Source: Takakia lepidozioides
Lineage: Eukaryota > Plantae > Bryophyta
Reading direction: 5' to 3'
Assembly (NCBI GenBank): GCA_030704615.1
Contig: JAKLZA010000183.1
Coordinates: 1-61,000, forward strand
DNA: 61,000 bases
In this document: in pieces, positions 1-15,100 of the stretch
Layout of the letters: each line of letters begins with the position of its first letter
Numbering within the stretch: position 1 is the first letter of the stretch
Translations under genes and position numbers: made by a program
The notes under the pieces: model-generated
Told to the model about the DNA's origin: nothing
The model's database searches: none
The model's input: the letters and a program-made list of their open reading frames with translations, nothing else

Positions 1-2059
1 CTATGCTTATCTCAGGTACCTTCAAGGATGCCTTACTCTCCATGCCCAATTAGCCAACATATTTTGCTGGAGAAGATCTTACCTTATGAAGGACTTGCTT
101 GCTCCACGCCATGGTCATGGCGGGAGAGGAGGCTGATATCTCATGGCTTTGGCCTTCCCATTGCCTTGGGTTCATCACTTCAACCAGGAACATATTTGAT
201 AACCTTTGTCATGCTCAGACCAAGGTGTTAGTAAATCAAACATAAAACTGAAAACAGAAGGGAGATTGGTTGATAACGTGTACAAGAACCACCAAGTACA
301 CTGGTCTAAATCAGAGAGGGAAGATACTTATGTCTTGTCGAGACATGGACAAAGACCTGACAAGGTCATTGTAAAATTAACGACAAATCAGCCTCATAAC
401 GAGGCATTATCAACCATTCTTCATTCACAAGTCAGCTTTATGACAAATCCCAGACTTCAAAGTCAATGAAGTCTCTGGGTGGGGGGGTGGGAAAAATTAG
501 AGACTCGATTACCACTGTTCATAGTAGGAAACCATTGTTCAGCATGCTAAAAAGTGCCATTCATGACATGCCATGTCATTCAGTCTGTATTTTTTGGTCA
601 GCTTACATACCAAGGCATAACCAACCATCCTCATTTATTGTTGGCCCAAAAACTAGTATAGTTTTGGGTTCTTTGTATCATTGGACATACCAAAGTGACT
701 GAGCAGTAAGTATCCATGTCCAAATAAAGATCCATTGATCACTGTTCATGGCTGGAAATGTCTGTTTGTCTTAAAGAAGCCATTTATGATCATAGAAGGC
801 TTAAGAACAAAATAAGAGCATTTCTTTACATAAAGAACATCACCAAAGCAGGGTTACGGACTGATATTTGGCAGCTTATACAACAGGTTATGATCAGCTG
901 CCCTACTTTGCACATCAAGTCACTTATTGACACCATGTTTTTTGCCCCATGATCCGTTTTAGATTTGGGGCTGGTGGTAATTTCAACGACTTAATATTCC
1001 CACCTCTTATTCCATGCCCCAAGACCAAGTTCTATGTCCGGGGTAGGGAAATCATTACCATAACAGGCTGTAATCAGATTTACATGCCATGCAATCATCC
1101 ATAGGAAACACAAAGAATCTGAATTGCTCGTCCCATCAGGCCTGCAGGTTACTTTGGTATTATTTATCCTAAAGCAACTTGAATACAATGCCTGAATCAT
1201 TCTGTTCACATCTACCAATGTCTTACCATTTTGGAAAATAGGTAAACATTCAAGGGCATATAACCAAGGACCAGATTTGGCCACAAAAGATCCATCCATA
1301 TCAGTTTGGCATGGTATCAAGTGTCCTAAAGTGACCAGCTTCTAAAAGAGGCTAAGTTTCCAATGCTTGTACATTCAAGAACACTGTCTGGTCATGAAAA
1401 CAGGTCTGCCCTACATTGTAGCATGTTACCAGATCTCTTTAAAGCCATCAGCTTGTGAGGACCCTCACCTGGTCCCACATGCAATCAGAAACAGTTAAGT
1501 TAGAGACGATGTGGAACCCCAGGTGAATCGCAGGTCTCACGCTTGTTATCGCTGTACAACATGCAATACAAAGCAAGGGCAGAAAGGAAACAGAGCATAT
1601 GCAAGCCAATACCTTGATGGCTTGTGGAAGAGAGGCCTGCGCCATAGCTCTCAAGACCAGCAAACAAGAATGCGCAACAAAATGTACAAAGCATGCACAA
1701 AGAAAGTGAATCGCCCAAACTTAAAGAGTTCAGACACTTCCCCGAGGCCTTAAGATCGCCGCTTGTACCTTAATGATCAATGAAGGTCACAGCAAGCAAC
1801 CACAACACAGGTAGATCGCCCGCCAAGCATTAGAGACAACCGCCACAGGGAAATTGCAGGTACTGCCGCCATTGCGCACCCCGAGAGGGGAAGAAGGTAC
1901 TGAATCTTGCCAGAACACCTAAATGCCTTAATGGCGCAGCTCCATGGCATTCAAGGGCGCCTGAATCGAGGTCCATGCGCCCCCCGCCACCATCTCTCAG
2001 CTCCAGCCATCCCTTAAGCACGATCGTCGTGCAGAGGGTTAGGGCAGGGAAGAGATGAA

Positions 2060-2255
2060 GCGCGATTTCCCGCGATTTCATCCACGTGATTTCTCACGAT
2101 TTCATCCATTCGGGATGAAAATCCATCACACGGGATGAACTCTACCGCGCAGGATGAAATCTATCGTGATTTCATCCGCGTCGGATGAAATCGTCTATCG
2201 ATTTTTCATCCGTGTCATCCTCTGAGGATGACATCCATTTATGGATGAAAAAATT
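2060..2255. repeat. Cluster of GGATGAA/TTCATCC inverted micro-repeats and hairpins (one cluster per 3.4-kb unit)
   Basis: About 12 GGATG/CATCC motifs in both orientations. Hairpins: GATTTCATCCG-cgt-CGGATGAAATC (2168-2192), TGTCATCCTC-t-GAGGATGACA (2213-2233) and TCCAT-tt-ATGGA (2234-2245). Confidence 0.85.
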
Positions 2256-2634
2256 AAATAATATGATGGCTCCATTAGGATCCCGACCTTATACCAAAAA
2301 TCCGGGTAATGTAAATAACCGAAATTAACCAAATTCCAAGAAGGTTAATTAGGGGTTAGGTAACATACCACTGGTCTTAAACTATCAAGTTTTAAGAGAA
2401 CCAGCCAGATCCATGGAGGGAGAGAGAGGGAGAGAGATGGAACCCACCAACCATCCCCTGGTATGGCAGCTCCTTATGGAGTGAGTGTGGTATGAGTGCA
2501 TACCAGACCCCATCACATAAATGACCTCCCTCTTCTTTGTAGCTTTTACTTCTGGTTACAAAGGAACCATAGAAATAAACATGCCTACGATCTCAACTCT
2601 CCAAGGTCAACAAACAAAACAAGCCGTGACAATC

Positions 2635-3112
2635 AAAGGTACATCAACACTTACATCAGAATGTAGAGTTTTACCTTTTAGCTACACATAAGCTCTGATA
2701 ATGGAAAAGATGAGGCCAATGAAGGGACCTTAACTCCGAAATTCATGAAGCAACAAACAGGAAAGAAACTTTTATCAACCCTTTAGTGTTTACCTAGCCC
2801 ATATTTTTGGGTACCGCATGTGTACAAAACCAATGGGGGTAGGTTTAGGCAATGAATTTTTCTGCCATTGGCATGTTCCAAGTTGGCAAGTTGTGACACA
2901 AACGAAGGTACATCAACACATACATCAAAATGTAGAGTTTTACCTTTTAGTTTATATATAAGCTCTGGTGACCGGAAGAGAGGCCAGTGAAAGAACCCTC
3001 AATTCCCAAGGTCATAAAGTAACAATCGGGAAAGAATCTTATATCAGACTTTTAGTGTTTACCCACCCCTTGTTTTGGGTAAAACATGTGTACAAAACCA
3101 AAGGGGGCAGGG
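2635..3112. repeat. Diverged internal duplication (~270-bp period) within the 3.4-kb unit
   Basis: AAGGTACATCAACAC..TGTAGAGTTTTACCTTTTAG..TTTAGTGTTTACC..CATGTGTACAAAACCAA.GGGGG.AGG occurs twice, at ~2635-2845 and ~2905-3112. Confidence 0.85.
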
Positions 3113-6100
3113 ATTGGGGTCTGGCATGGGTTTACCACCTGGTATTCAGACAAAACATCTACCAGCAGCATATCATAATTGGGTATTTTATGGTGCTATA
3201 AAGAGCAAAGCCATAACCAGGAGAAACATAGAAACATTTGAGCCAAAGAAAAGGAACTCATTCGTATCATAAGGTATCTAAATCTGACATAAGGCATCGG
3301 CTACATGGGACCGGCAAACAAGAGTAATGTGCACTGACCGGATCATGTATAAGGTGTACACGTCTACTCCAGCAGGCTGTCTTACCAAGGCCTAGCTCAA
3401 AATTTCAGCATTCAGAAGCCCTATAGATGTTCTATGCTTATCTCAGGTACCTTCAAGGATGCCTTACTCTCCATGCCCAATTAGCCAACATATTTTTGCT
3501 GGAGAAGATCTTACCTTATGAAGGACTTGCTTGCTCCACACCATGGTCATGGCGGGAGAGGAGGCTGATATCTCATGGCTTTGGCCTTCCCATTGCCTTG
3601 GGTTCATCACTTCAACCAGGAACATATTTGATAACCTTTTGTCATGCTCAGACCAAGGTGTTAGTAAATCAAACATAAAACTGAAAACAGAAGGGAGATT
3701 GGTTGATAATGTGTACAAGAACCACCAAGTACACTGGTCTAAATCAGAGAGGGAAGATACTTATGTCTTGTCGAGACATGGACAAAGACCTGACAAGGTC
3801 ATTGTAAAATTAACGACAAATCAGCCTCATAACAAGGCATTATCAACCATTCTTCATTCACAAGTCAGCTTTATGACAAATCCCAGACTTCAAAGTCAAT
3901 GAAGTCTCTGGGTGGGGGGGTGGGAAAAATTAGAGACTCGATTACCACTGTTCATAGTAGGAAACCATTGTTCAGCATGCTAAAAAGTGCCATTCATGAC
4001 ATGCCATGTCATTCAGTCTGTATTTTTTGGTCAGCTTACATACCAAGGCATAACCAACCATCCTCATTTATTGTTGGCCCAAAAACTAGTATAGTTTTGG
4101 GTTCTTTGTATCATTGGACATACCAAAGTGACTGAGCAGTAAGTATCCATGTCCAAATAAAGATCCATTGATCACTGTTCATGGCTGGAAATGTCTGTTT
4201 GTCTTAAAGAAGCCATTTATGATCATAGAAGGCTTAAGAACAAAATAAGAGCATTTCTTTACATAAAGAACATCACCAAAGCAGGGTTACGGACTGATAT
4301 TTGGCAGCTTATACAACAGGTTATGATCAGCTGCCCTACTTTGCACATCAAGTCACTTATTGACACCATGTTTTTTGCCCCATGATCCGTTTTAGATTTG
4401 GGGCTGGTGTGTAATTTCAACGACAGGGTAGAGTAATATTCCCACCTCTTATTCCATGCCCCAAGACCAAGTTCTATGTCTCATTACCATAACAGGCTGT
4501 AATCAGATTTACATGCCATGCAATCATCCATAGGAAACACAAAGAATCTGAATTGCTCGTCCCATCAGGCCTGCAGGTTACTTTGGTATTATTTATCCTA
4601 AAGCAACTTGAATACAATGCCTGAATCATTCTGTTCACATCTACCAATGTCTTACCATTTTGGAAAATAGGTTCAAGGGCATATAACCAAGGACCAGATT
4701 TGGCCACAAAAGATCCATCCATATCAGTTTGGCATGGTATCAAGTGTCCTAAAGTGACCAGCTTCTAAAAGAGGCTAAGTTTCCAATGCTTGTACATTCA
4801 AGAACACTGTCTGGTCATGAAAACAGGTCTGCCCTACATTGTAGCATTTACCAGATCTCTTTAAAGCCATCAGCTTGTGAGGACCCTCACCTGGTCCCAT
4901 CACATGCAATCAGAAACAGTTAAGTTAGAGACGATGTGGAACCCCAGGTGAATCGCAGGTCTCACGCTTGTTATCGCTGTACAACATGCAATACAAAGCA
5001 AGGGCAGAAAGGAAACAGAGCATATGCAAGCCAATACCTTGATGGCTTGTGGAAGAGAGGCCTGCGCCATAGCTCTCAAGACCAGCAAACAAGAATGCGC
5101 AACAAAATGTACAAAGCATGCACAAAGAAAGTGAATCGCCCAAACTTAAAGAGTTCAGACACTTCCCCGAGGGATCGCCGCTTGTACCTTAATGATCAAT
5201 GAAGGTCACAGCAAGCAACCCAACACAGGTAGATCGCCCGCCAAGCATTTACCGCCACAGGGAAATTGCAGGTACTGCCGCCATTGCGCACCCCGAGAGG
5301 GGAAGAAGGTACTGAATCTTGCCAGAACACCTAAATGCCTTAATGGCGCAGCTCCATGGCATTCAAGGGCGCCTGAATCGAGGTCCATGCGCCCCCCGCC
5401 ACCATCTCTCAGCTCCAGCCATCCCTTAAGCACGATCGTCGTGCAGAGGGTTAGGGCAGGGAAGAGATGAAGCGCGATTTCCCGCGATTTCATCCACGTG
5501 ACCCATCACACGGGATGAACTCTACCGCGCAGGATGAAATCTATCGTGATTTCATCCGCCGGATGAAAGTCTATCGATTTTTCATCCGTGTCATCCTCTG
5601 AGGATGACATCCATTTATGGATGAAAAAATTAAATAATATGATGGCTCCATTAGGATCCCGACCTTATACCAAAAATCCGGGTAATGTAAATAACCGAAA
5701 TTAACCAAATTCCAAGAAGGTTAATTAGGGGTTAGGTAACATACCACTGGTCTTAAACTATCAAGTTTTAAGAGAACCAGCCAGATCCATGGAGGGAGGG
5801 GAGAGAGGAGAGAGATGGAACCCACCAACCATCCCCTGGTATGGCAGCTCCTTATGGAGTGAGTGTGGTATGAGTGCATACCAGACCCCATCACATAAAT
5901 GACCTCCCTCTTCTTTGTAGCTTTTACTTCTGGTTACAAAGGAACCATAGAAATAAACATGCCTACGATCTCAACTCTCCAAGGTCAACAAACAAAACAA
6001 GCCGTGACAATCAAAGGTACATCAACACTTACATCAGAATGTAGAGTTTTACCTTTTAGCTACACATAAGCTCTGATAATGGAAAGATGAGGCCAATGAA

Positions 6101-9100
6101 GGGACCTTAACTCCGAAATTCATGAAGCAACAAACAGGAAAGAAAAACTTTTATCAACCCTTTAGTGTTTACCTAGCCCATATTTTTGGGTACCGCATGT
6201 GTACAAAACCAATGGGGGTAGGTTTAGGCAATGAATTTTTCTGCCATTGGCATGTTCCAAGTTGGCAAGTTGTGACACAAACGAAGGTACATCAACACAT
6301 ACATCAAAATGTAGAGTTTTACCTTTTAGTTTATATATAAGCTCTGGTGACCGGAAGAAGAGGCCAGTGAAAGAACCCTCAATTCCCAAGGTCATAAAGT
6401 AACAATCGGGAAAGAATCTTATATCAGACTTTTAGTGTTTACCCACCCCTTGTTTTGGGTAAAAACATGTGTACAAAACCAAAGGGGGCAGGTATTGGGG
6501 TCTGGCATGGGTTTACCACCTGGTATTCAGACAAAACATCTACCAGCAGCATATCATAATTGGGTATTTTTTATGGTGCTATAAAGAGCAAAGCCATAAC
6601 CAGGAGAAACATAGAAACATTTGAGCCAAAGAAAAGGAACTCATTCGTATAAGGTATCTAAATCTGACATAAGGCATCGGCTACATGGGACCGGCAAACA
6701 AGAGTAATGTGCACTGACCGGATCATGTATAAGGTGTACACGTCTACTCCAGCAGGCTGTCTTACCAAGGCCTAGCTCAAATTTCAGCATTCAGAAGCCC
6801 TATAGATGTTCTATGCTTATCTCAGGTACCTTCAAGGATGCCTTACTCTCCATGCCCAATTAGCCAACATATTTTTGCTGGAGAAGATCTTACCTTATGA
6901 AGGACTTGCTTGCTCCACACCATGGTCATGGCGGGAGAGGAGGCTGATATCTCATGGCTTTGGCCTTCCATTGCCTTGGGTTCATCACTTCAATCAGGAA
7001 CATATTTGATAACCTTTTGTCATGCTCAGACCAAGGTGTTAGTAAATCAAACATAAAACTGAAAACAGAAGGGAGATTGGTTGATAATGTGTACAAGAAC
7101 CACCAAGTACACTGGTCTAAATCAGAGAGGGAAGATACTTATGTCTTGTCGAGACATGGACAAAGACCTGACAAGGTCATTGTAAAATTAACGACAAATC
7201 AGCCTCATAACAAGGCATTATCAACCATTCTTCATTCACAAGTCAGCTTTATGACAAATCCCAGACTTCAAAGTCAATGAAGTCTCTGGGTGGGGGGGTG
7301 GGAAAAATTAGAGACTCGATTACCACTGTTCATAGTAGGAAACCATTGTTCAGCATGCTAAAAGTGTGCCATTCATGACATGCCATGTCATTCAGTCTGT
7401 ATTTTTTGGTCAGCTTACATACCAAGGCATAACCAACCATCCTCATTTATTGTTGGCCCAAAAACTAGTATAGTTTTGGGTTCTTTGTATCATTGGACAT
7501 ACCAAAGTGACTGAGCAGTAAGTATCCATGTCCAAATAAAGATCCATTGATCACTGTTCATGGCTGGAAATGTCTGTTTGTCTTAAAGAAGCCATTTATG
7601 ATCATAGAAGGCTTAAGAACAAAATAAGAGCATTTCTTTACATAAAGAACATCACCAAAGCAGGGTTACGGACTGATATTTGGCAGCTTATACAACAGGT
7701 TATGATCAGCTGCCCTACTTGCACATCAAGTCACTTATTGACACCATGTTTTTTTGCCCCATGATCCGTTTTAGATTTGGGGCTGGTGTGTAATTTCAAC
7801 GACAGGGTAGAGTATTCCATGCCCCAAGACCAAGTTCTATGTCCGGGGTAGGGAAATCATTACCATAACAGGCTGTAATCAGATTTACATGCCATGCAAT
7901 CATCCATAGGAAACACAAAGAATCTGAATTGCTCGTCCCATCAGGCCTGCAGGTTACTTTGGTATTATTTATCCTAAAGCAACTTGAATACAATGCCTGA
8001 ATCATTCTGTTCACATCTACCAATGTCTTACCATTTTGGAAAATAGGTAAACATTCAAGGGCATATAACCAAGGACCAGATTTAAAGATCCATCCATATC
8101 AGTTTGGCATGGTATCAAGTGTCCTAAAGTGACCAGCTTCTAAAAGAGGCTAAGTTTCCAATGCTTGTACATTCAAGAACACTGTCTGGTCATGAAAACA
8201 GGTCTGCCCTACATTGTAGCATGTTACCAGATTAAAGCCATCAGCTTGTGAGGACCCTCACCTGGTCCCATCACATGCAATCAGAAACAGTTAAGTTAGA
8301 GACGATGTGGAACCCCAGGTGAATCGCAGGTCTCACGCTTGTTATACAACATGCAATACAAAGCAAGGGCAGAAAGGAAACAGAGCATATGCAAGCCAAT
8401 ACCTTGATGGCTTGTGGAAGAGAGGCCTGCGCCATAGCTCTCAAGACCAGCAAACAAGAATGCGCAACAAAATGTACAAAGCATGCACAAAGAAAGTGAA
8501 TCGCCCAAACTTAAAGAGTTCAGACACTTCCCGAGGCCTTAAGATCGCCGCTTGTACCTTAATGATCAATGAAGGTCACAGCAAGCAACCACAACACAGG
8601 TAGATCGCCCGCCAAGCATTAGAGACAACCGCCACAGGGAAATTGCAGGTACTGCCGCCATTGCGCACCCCGAGAGGGGAAGAAGGTACTGAATCTTGCC
8701 AGAACACCTAAATGCCTTAATGGCGCAGCTCCATGGCATTCAAGGGCGCCTGAATCGAGGTCCATGCGCCCCCGCCACCATCTCTCAGCTCCAGCCATCC
8801 CTTAAGCACGATCGTCGTGCAGAGGGTTAGGGCAGATGAAGCGCGATTTCCCGCGATTTCATCCACGTGATTTCTCACGATTTCATCCATTCGGGATGAA
8901 AATCCATCGGATGAACTCTACCGCGCAGGATGAAATCTATCGTGATTTCATCCGCGTCGGATGAAATGTCTATCGATTTTTCATCCGTGTCATCCTCTGA
9001 GGATGACATCCATTTATGGATGAAAAAATTAAATAATATGATGGCTCCATTAGGATCCCGACCTTATACCAAAAATCCGGGTAATGTAAATAACCGAAAT

Positions 9101-12100
9101 TAACCAAATTCCAAGAAGGTTAATTAGGGGTTAGGTAACATACCACTGGTCTTAAACTATCAAGTTTTAAGAGAGCCAGATCCATGGAGGGAGGGAGAGA
9201 GAGGGAGAGAGATGGAACCCACCAACCATCCCCTGGTATGGCAGCTCCTTATGGAGTGAGTGTGGTATGAGTGCATACCAGACCCCATCACATAAATGAC
9301 CTCCCTCTTCTTTGTAGCTTTTACTTCTGGTTACAAAGGAACCATAGAAATAAACATGCCTACGATCTCAACTCTCCAAGGTCAACAAACAAAACAAGCC
9401 GTGACAATCAAAGGTACATCAACACTTACATCAGAATGTAGAGTTTTACCTTTTAGCTACACATAAGCTCTGATAATGGAAAGATGAGGCCAATGAAGGG
9501 ACCTTAACTCCGAAATTCATGAAGCAACAAACAGGAAAGAAACTTTTATCAACCCTTTAGTGTTTACCTAGCCCATATTTTTGGGTACCGCATGTGTACA
9601 AAACCAATGGGGGTAGGTTTAGGCAATGAATTTTTCTGCCATTGGCATGTTCCAAGTTGGCAAGTTGTGACACAAACGAAGGTACATCAACACATACATC
9701 AAAATGTAGAGTTTTACCTTTTAGTTTATATATAAGCTCTGGTGACCGGAAGAAGAGGCCAGTGAAAGAACCCTCAATTCCCAAGGTCATAAAGTAACAA
9801 TCAGGAAAGAATCTTATATCAGACTTTTAGTGTTTACCCACCCCTTGTTTTGGGTAAAACATGTGTACAAAACCAAAGGGGGCAGGTATTGGGGTCTGGC
9901 ATGGGTTTACCACCTGGTATTCAGACAAAACATCTACCAGCAGCATATCATAATTGGGTATTTTTTATGGTGCTATAAAGAGCAAAGCCATAACCAGGAG
10001 AAACATAGAAACATTTGAGCCAAAGAAAAGGAACTCATTCGTATCATAAGGTATCTAAATCTGACATAAGGCATCGGCTACATGGGACCGGCAAACAAGA
10101 GTAATGTGCACTGACCGGATCATGTATAAGGTGTACACGTCTACTCCAGCAGGCTGTCTTACCAAGGCCTAGCTCAAAATTTCAGCATTCAGAAGCCCTA
10201 TAGATGTTCTATGCTTATCTCAGGTACCTTCAAGGATGCCTTACTCTCCATGCCCAATTAGCCAACATATTTTGCTGGGAGAAGATCTTACCTTATGAAG
10301 GACTTGCTTGCTCCACACCATGGTCATGGCGGGAGAGGAGGCTGATATCTCATGGCTTTGGCCTTCCCATTGCCTTGGGTTCATCACTTCAACCAGGAAC
10401 ATATTTGATAACCTTTTGTCATGCTCAGACCAAGGTGTTAGAATCAAACATAAAACTGAAAACAGAAGGGAGATTGGTTGATAATGTGTACAAGAACCAC
10501 CAAGTACACTGGTCTAAATCAGAGAGGGAAGATACTTATGTCTTGTCGAGACATGGACAAAGACCTGACAAGGTCATTGTAAAATTAACGACAAATCAGC
10601 CTCATAACAAGGCATTATCAACCATTCTTCATTCACAAGTCAGCTTTATGACAAATCCCAGACTTCAAAGTCAATGAAGTCTCTGGGGGGGGGGGTGGGA
10701 AAAATTAGAGACTCGATTACCACTGTTCATAGTAGGAAACCATTGTTCAGCATGCTAAAAAGTGCCATTCATGACATGCCATGTCATTCAGTCTGTATTT
10801 TTGGTCAGCTTACATACCAAGGCATAACCAACCATCCTCATTTATTGTTGGCCCAAAAACTAGTATAGTTTTGGGTTCTTTGTATCATTGGACATACCAA
10901 AGTGACTGAGCAGTAAGTATCCATGTCCAATAAAGATCCATTGATCACTGTTCATGGCTGGAAATGTCTGTTTGTCTTAAAGAAGCCATTTATGATCATA
11001 GAAGGCTTAAGAACAAAATAAGAGCATTTCTTTACATAAAGAACATCACCAAAGCAGGGTTACGGACTGATATTTGGCAGCTTATACAACAGGTTATGAT
11101 CAGCTGCCCTACTTTGCACATCAAGTCACTTATTGACACCATGTTTTTTGCCCCATGATCGTTTTAGATTTGGGGCTGGTGTGTAATTTCAACGACAGGG
11201 TAGAGTAATATTCCCACCTCTTATTCCATGCCCCAAGACCAAGTTCTATGTCCGGGGTAGGGAAATCATTACCATAACAGGCTGTAATCAGATTTACATG
11301 CCATGCAATCATCCATAGGAAACACAAAGAATCTGAATTGCTCGTCCCATCAGGCCTGCAGGTTACTTTGGTATTATTTATCCTAAAGCAACTTGAATAC
11401 AATGCCTGAATCATTCTGTTCACATCTACCAATGTCTTACCATTTTGGAAAATAGGTAAACATTCAAGGGCCAAGGACCAGATTTGGCCACAAAAGATCC
11501 ATCCATATCAGTTTGGCATGGTATCAAGTGTCCTAAAGTGACCAGCTTCTAAAAGAGGCTAAGTTTCCAATGCTTGTACATTCAAGGTCTGGTCATGAAA
11601 ACAGGTCTGCCCTACATTGTAGCATGTTACCAGATCTCTTTAAAGCCATCAGCTTGTGAGGACCCTCACATCACATGCAATCAGAAACAGTTAAGTTAGA
11701 GACGATGTGGAACCCCATCGCAGGTCTCACGCTTGTTAACAACATGCAATAAAGGAAACAGAGCATATGCAAGCCAATACCTTGATGGCAGAGAGGCCTG
11801 CGCCATAGCTCTCAAGACCAGCAAACAAGAATGCGCAACAAAATGTACAAAGCATGCACAAAGAAAGTGAATCGCCCAAACTTAAAGAGTTCAGACACTT
11901 CCCGAGGCCTTAAGATCGCCGCTTGTACCTTAATGATCAATGAAGGTCACAGCAAGCAACCACAACACAGGTAGATCGCCCGCCAAGCATTAGAGACAAC
12001 CGCCACAGGGAAATTGCAGGTACTGCGCCATTGCGCACCCGAGAGGGGAAGAAGGTACTGAATCTTGCCAGAACACCTAAATGCCTTAATGGCGCAGCTC

Positions 12101-15100
12101 CATGGCATTCAAGGGCGCCTGAATCGAGGTCCATGCGCCCCCGCCACCATCTCTCAGCTCCAGCCATCCCTTAAGCACGATCGTCGTGCAGAGGGTTAGG
12201 GCAGGGAAGAGATGAAGCGCGATTTCCCGCGATTTCATCCACGTGATTTCTCACGATTTCATTCGGGATGAAAATCCATCACACGGGATGAACTCTACCG
12301 CGCAGGATGAAATCTATCGTGATTTCATCCGCGTCGGATGAAATCGTCTATCGATTTTTCATCCGTGTCATCCTCTGAGGATGACATCCATTTATGGATG
12401 AAAAAATTAAATAATATGATGGCTCCATTAGGATCCCGACCTTATACCAAAAATCGGGGGTAATGTAAATAACCGAAATTAACCAAATTCCAAGAAGGTT
12501 AATTAGGGGTTAGGTAACATACCACTGGTCTTAAACTATCAAGTTTTAAGAGAACCAGCCAGATCCATGGAGGGAGGGAGAGAGAGGGAGAGAGATGGAA
12601 CCCACCAACCATCCCCTGGTATGGCAGCTCCTTATGGAGTGAGTGTGGTATGAGTGCATACCAGACCCCATCACATAAATGACCTCCCTCTTCTTTGTAG
12701 CTTTTACTTCTGGTTACAAAGGAACCATAGAAATAAACATGCCTACAATCTCAACTCTCCAAGGTCAACAAACAAAACAAGCCGTGACAATCAAAGGTAC
12801 ATCAACACTTACATCAGAATGTAGAGTTTTACCTTTTAGCTACACATAAGCTCTGATAATGGAAAGATGAGGCCAATGAAGGGACCTTAACTCCGAAATT
12901 CATGAAGCAACAAACAGGAAAGAAACTTTTATCAACCCTTTAGTGTTTACCTAGCCCATATTTTTGGGTACCGCATGTGTACAAAACCAATGGGGGTAGG
13001 TTTAGGCAATGAATTTTTGCCATTGGCATGTTCCAAGTTGGCAAGTTGTGACACAAACGAAGGTACATCAACACATACATCAAAATGTAGAGTTTTACCT
13101 TTTAGTTTATATATAAGCTCTGGTGACCGGAAGAAGAGGCCAGTGAAAGAACCCTCAATTCCCAAGGTCATAAAGTAACAATCAGGAAAGAATCTTATAT
13201 CAGACTTTTAGTGTTTACCCACCCCTTGTTTTGGGTAAAACATGTGTACAAAACCAAAGGGGGCAGGTATTGGGGTCTGGCATGGGTTTACCACCTGGTA
13301 TTCAGACAAAACATCTACCAGCAGCATATCATAATTGGGTATTTTTTATGGTGCTATAAAGAGCAAAGCCATAACCAGGAGAAACATAGAAACATTTGAG
13401 CCAAAGAAAAGGAACTCATTCGTATCATAAGGTATCTAAATCTGACATAAGGCATCGGCTACATGGGACCGGCAAACAAGAGTAATGTGCACTGACCGGA
13501 TCATGTATAAGGTGTACACGTCTACTCCAGCAGGCTGTCTTACCAAGGCCTAGCTCAAAATTTCAGCATTCAGAAGCCCTATAGATGTTCTATGCTTATC
13601 TCAGGTACCTTCAAGGATGCCTTACTCTCCATGCCCAATTAGCCAACATATTTTGCTGGAGAAGATCTTACCTTATGAAGGACTTGCTTGCTCCACACCA
13701 TGGTCATGGAGAGAGGAGGCTGATATCTCATGGCTTTGGCCTTCCCATTGCCTTGGGTTCATCACTTCAACCAGGAACATATTTGATAACCTTTTGTCAT
13801 GCTCAGACCAAGGTGTTAGTAAATCAAACATAAAACTGAAAACAGAAGGGAGATTGGTTGATAATGTGTACAAGAACCACCAAGTACACTGGTCTAAATC
13901 AGAGAGGGAAGATACTTATGTCTTGTCGAGACATGGACAAAGACCTGACAAGGTCATTGTAAAATTAACGACAAATCAGCCTCATAACAAGGCATTATCA
14001 ACCATTCTTCATTCACAAGTCAGCTTTATGACAAATCCCAGACTTCAAAGTCAATGAAGTCTCTGGGTGGGGGGGTGGGAAAAATTAGAGACTCGATTAC
14101 CACTGTTCATAGTAGGAGGAAACCATTGTTCAGCATGCTAAAAAGTGCCATTCATGACATGCCATGTCATTCAGTCTGTATTTTTTGGTCAGCTTACATA
14201 CCAAGGCATAACCAACCATCCTCATTTATTGTTGGCCCAAAAACTAGTATAGTTTTGGGTTCTTTGTATCATTGGACATACCAAAGTGACCGAGCAGTAA
14301 GTATCCATGTCCAAATAAAGATCCATTGATCACTGTTCATGGCTGGAAATGTCTGTTTGTCTTAAAGAAGCCATTTATGATCATAGAAGGCTTAAGAACA
14401 AAATAAGAGCATTTCTTTACATAAAGAACATCACCAAAGCAGGGTTACGGACTGATATTTGGCAGCTTATACAACAGGTTATGATCAGCTGCCCTACTTT
14501 GCACATCAAGTCACTTATTGACACCATGTTTTTTGCCCCATGATCCGTTTTAGATTGGGGCTGGTGTGTAATTTCAACGACAGGGTAGAGTAATATTCCC
14601 ACCTCTTATTCCATGCCCCAAGACCAAGTTCTATGTCCGGGGTAGGGAAATCATTACCATAACAGGCTGTAATCAGATTTACATGCCATGCAATCATCCA
14701 TAGGAAACACAAAGAATCTGAATTGCTCGTCCCATCAGGCCTGCAGGTTACTTTGGTATTTATCCTAAAGCAACTTGAATACAATGCCTGAATCATTCTG
14801 TTCACATCTACCAATGTCTTACCATTTTGGAAAATAGGTAAACATTCAAGGGCATATAACCAAGGACCAGATTTGGCCACAAAAGATCCATCCATATCAG
14901 TTTGGCATGGTATCAAGTGTCCTAAAGTGACCAGCTTCTAAAAGAGGCTAAGTTTCCAATGCTTGTACATTCAAGAACACTGTCTGGTCATGAAAACAGG
15001 TCTGCCCTACATTGTAGCATGTTACCAGATCTCTTTAAAGCCATCAGCTTGTGAGGACCCTCACCTGGTCCCATCACATGCAATCAGAAACAGTTAAGTT

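Noticed and set aside
233-372. Peptides SNIKL and RPDKV in the repeat unit suggesting a relation to the element's proteins (SNIKLDL at 53910)
   Set aside because: Five-residue matches with no flanking similarity; chance.
2349-2360. Telomere-like TTAGGGGTTAGG (also CCCTAAACCC at 60331)
   Set aside because: One or two imperfect copies only; not a telomeric tract.
3300-3360. 5S rRNA, snRNA or tRNA gene as the basis of the tandem array
   Set aside because: No conserved 5S, U-snRNA or tRNA signature was found by eye on either strand. An Rfam scan would be needed to exclude them fully.
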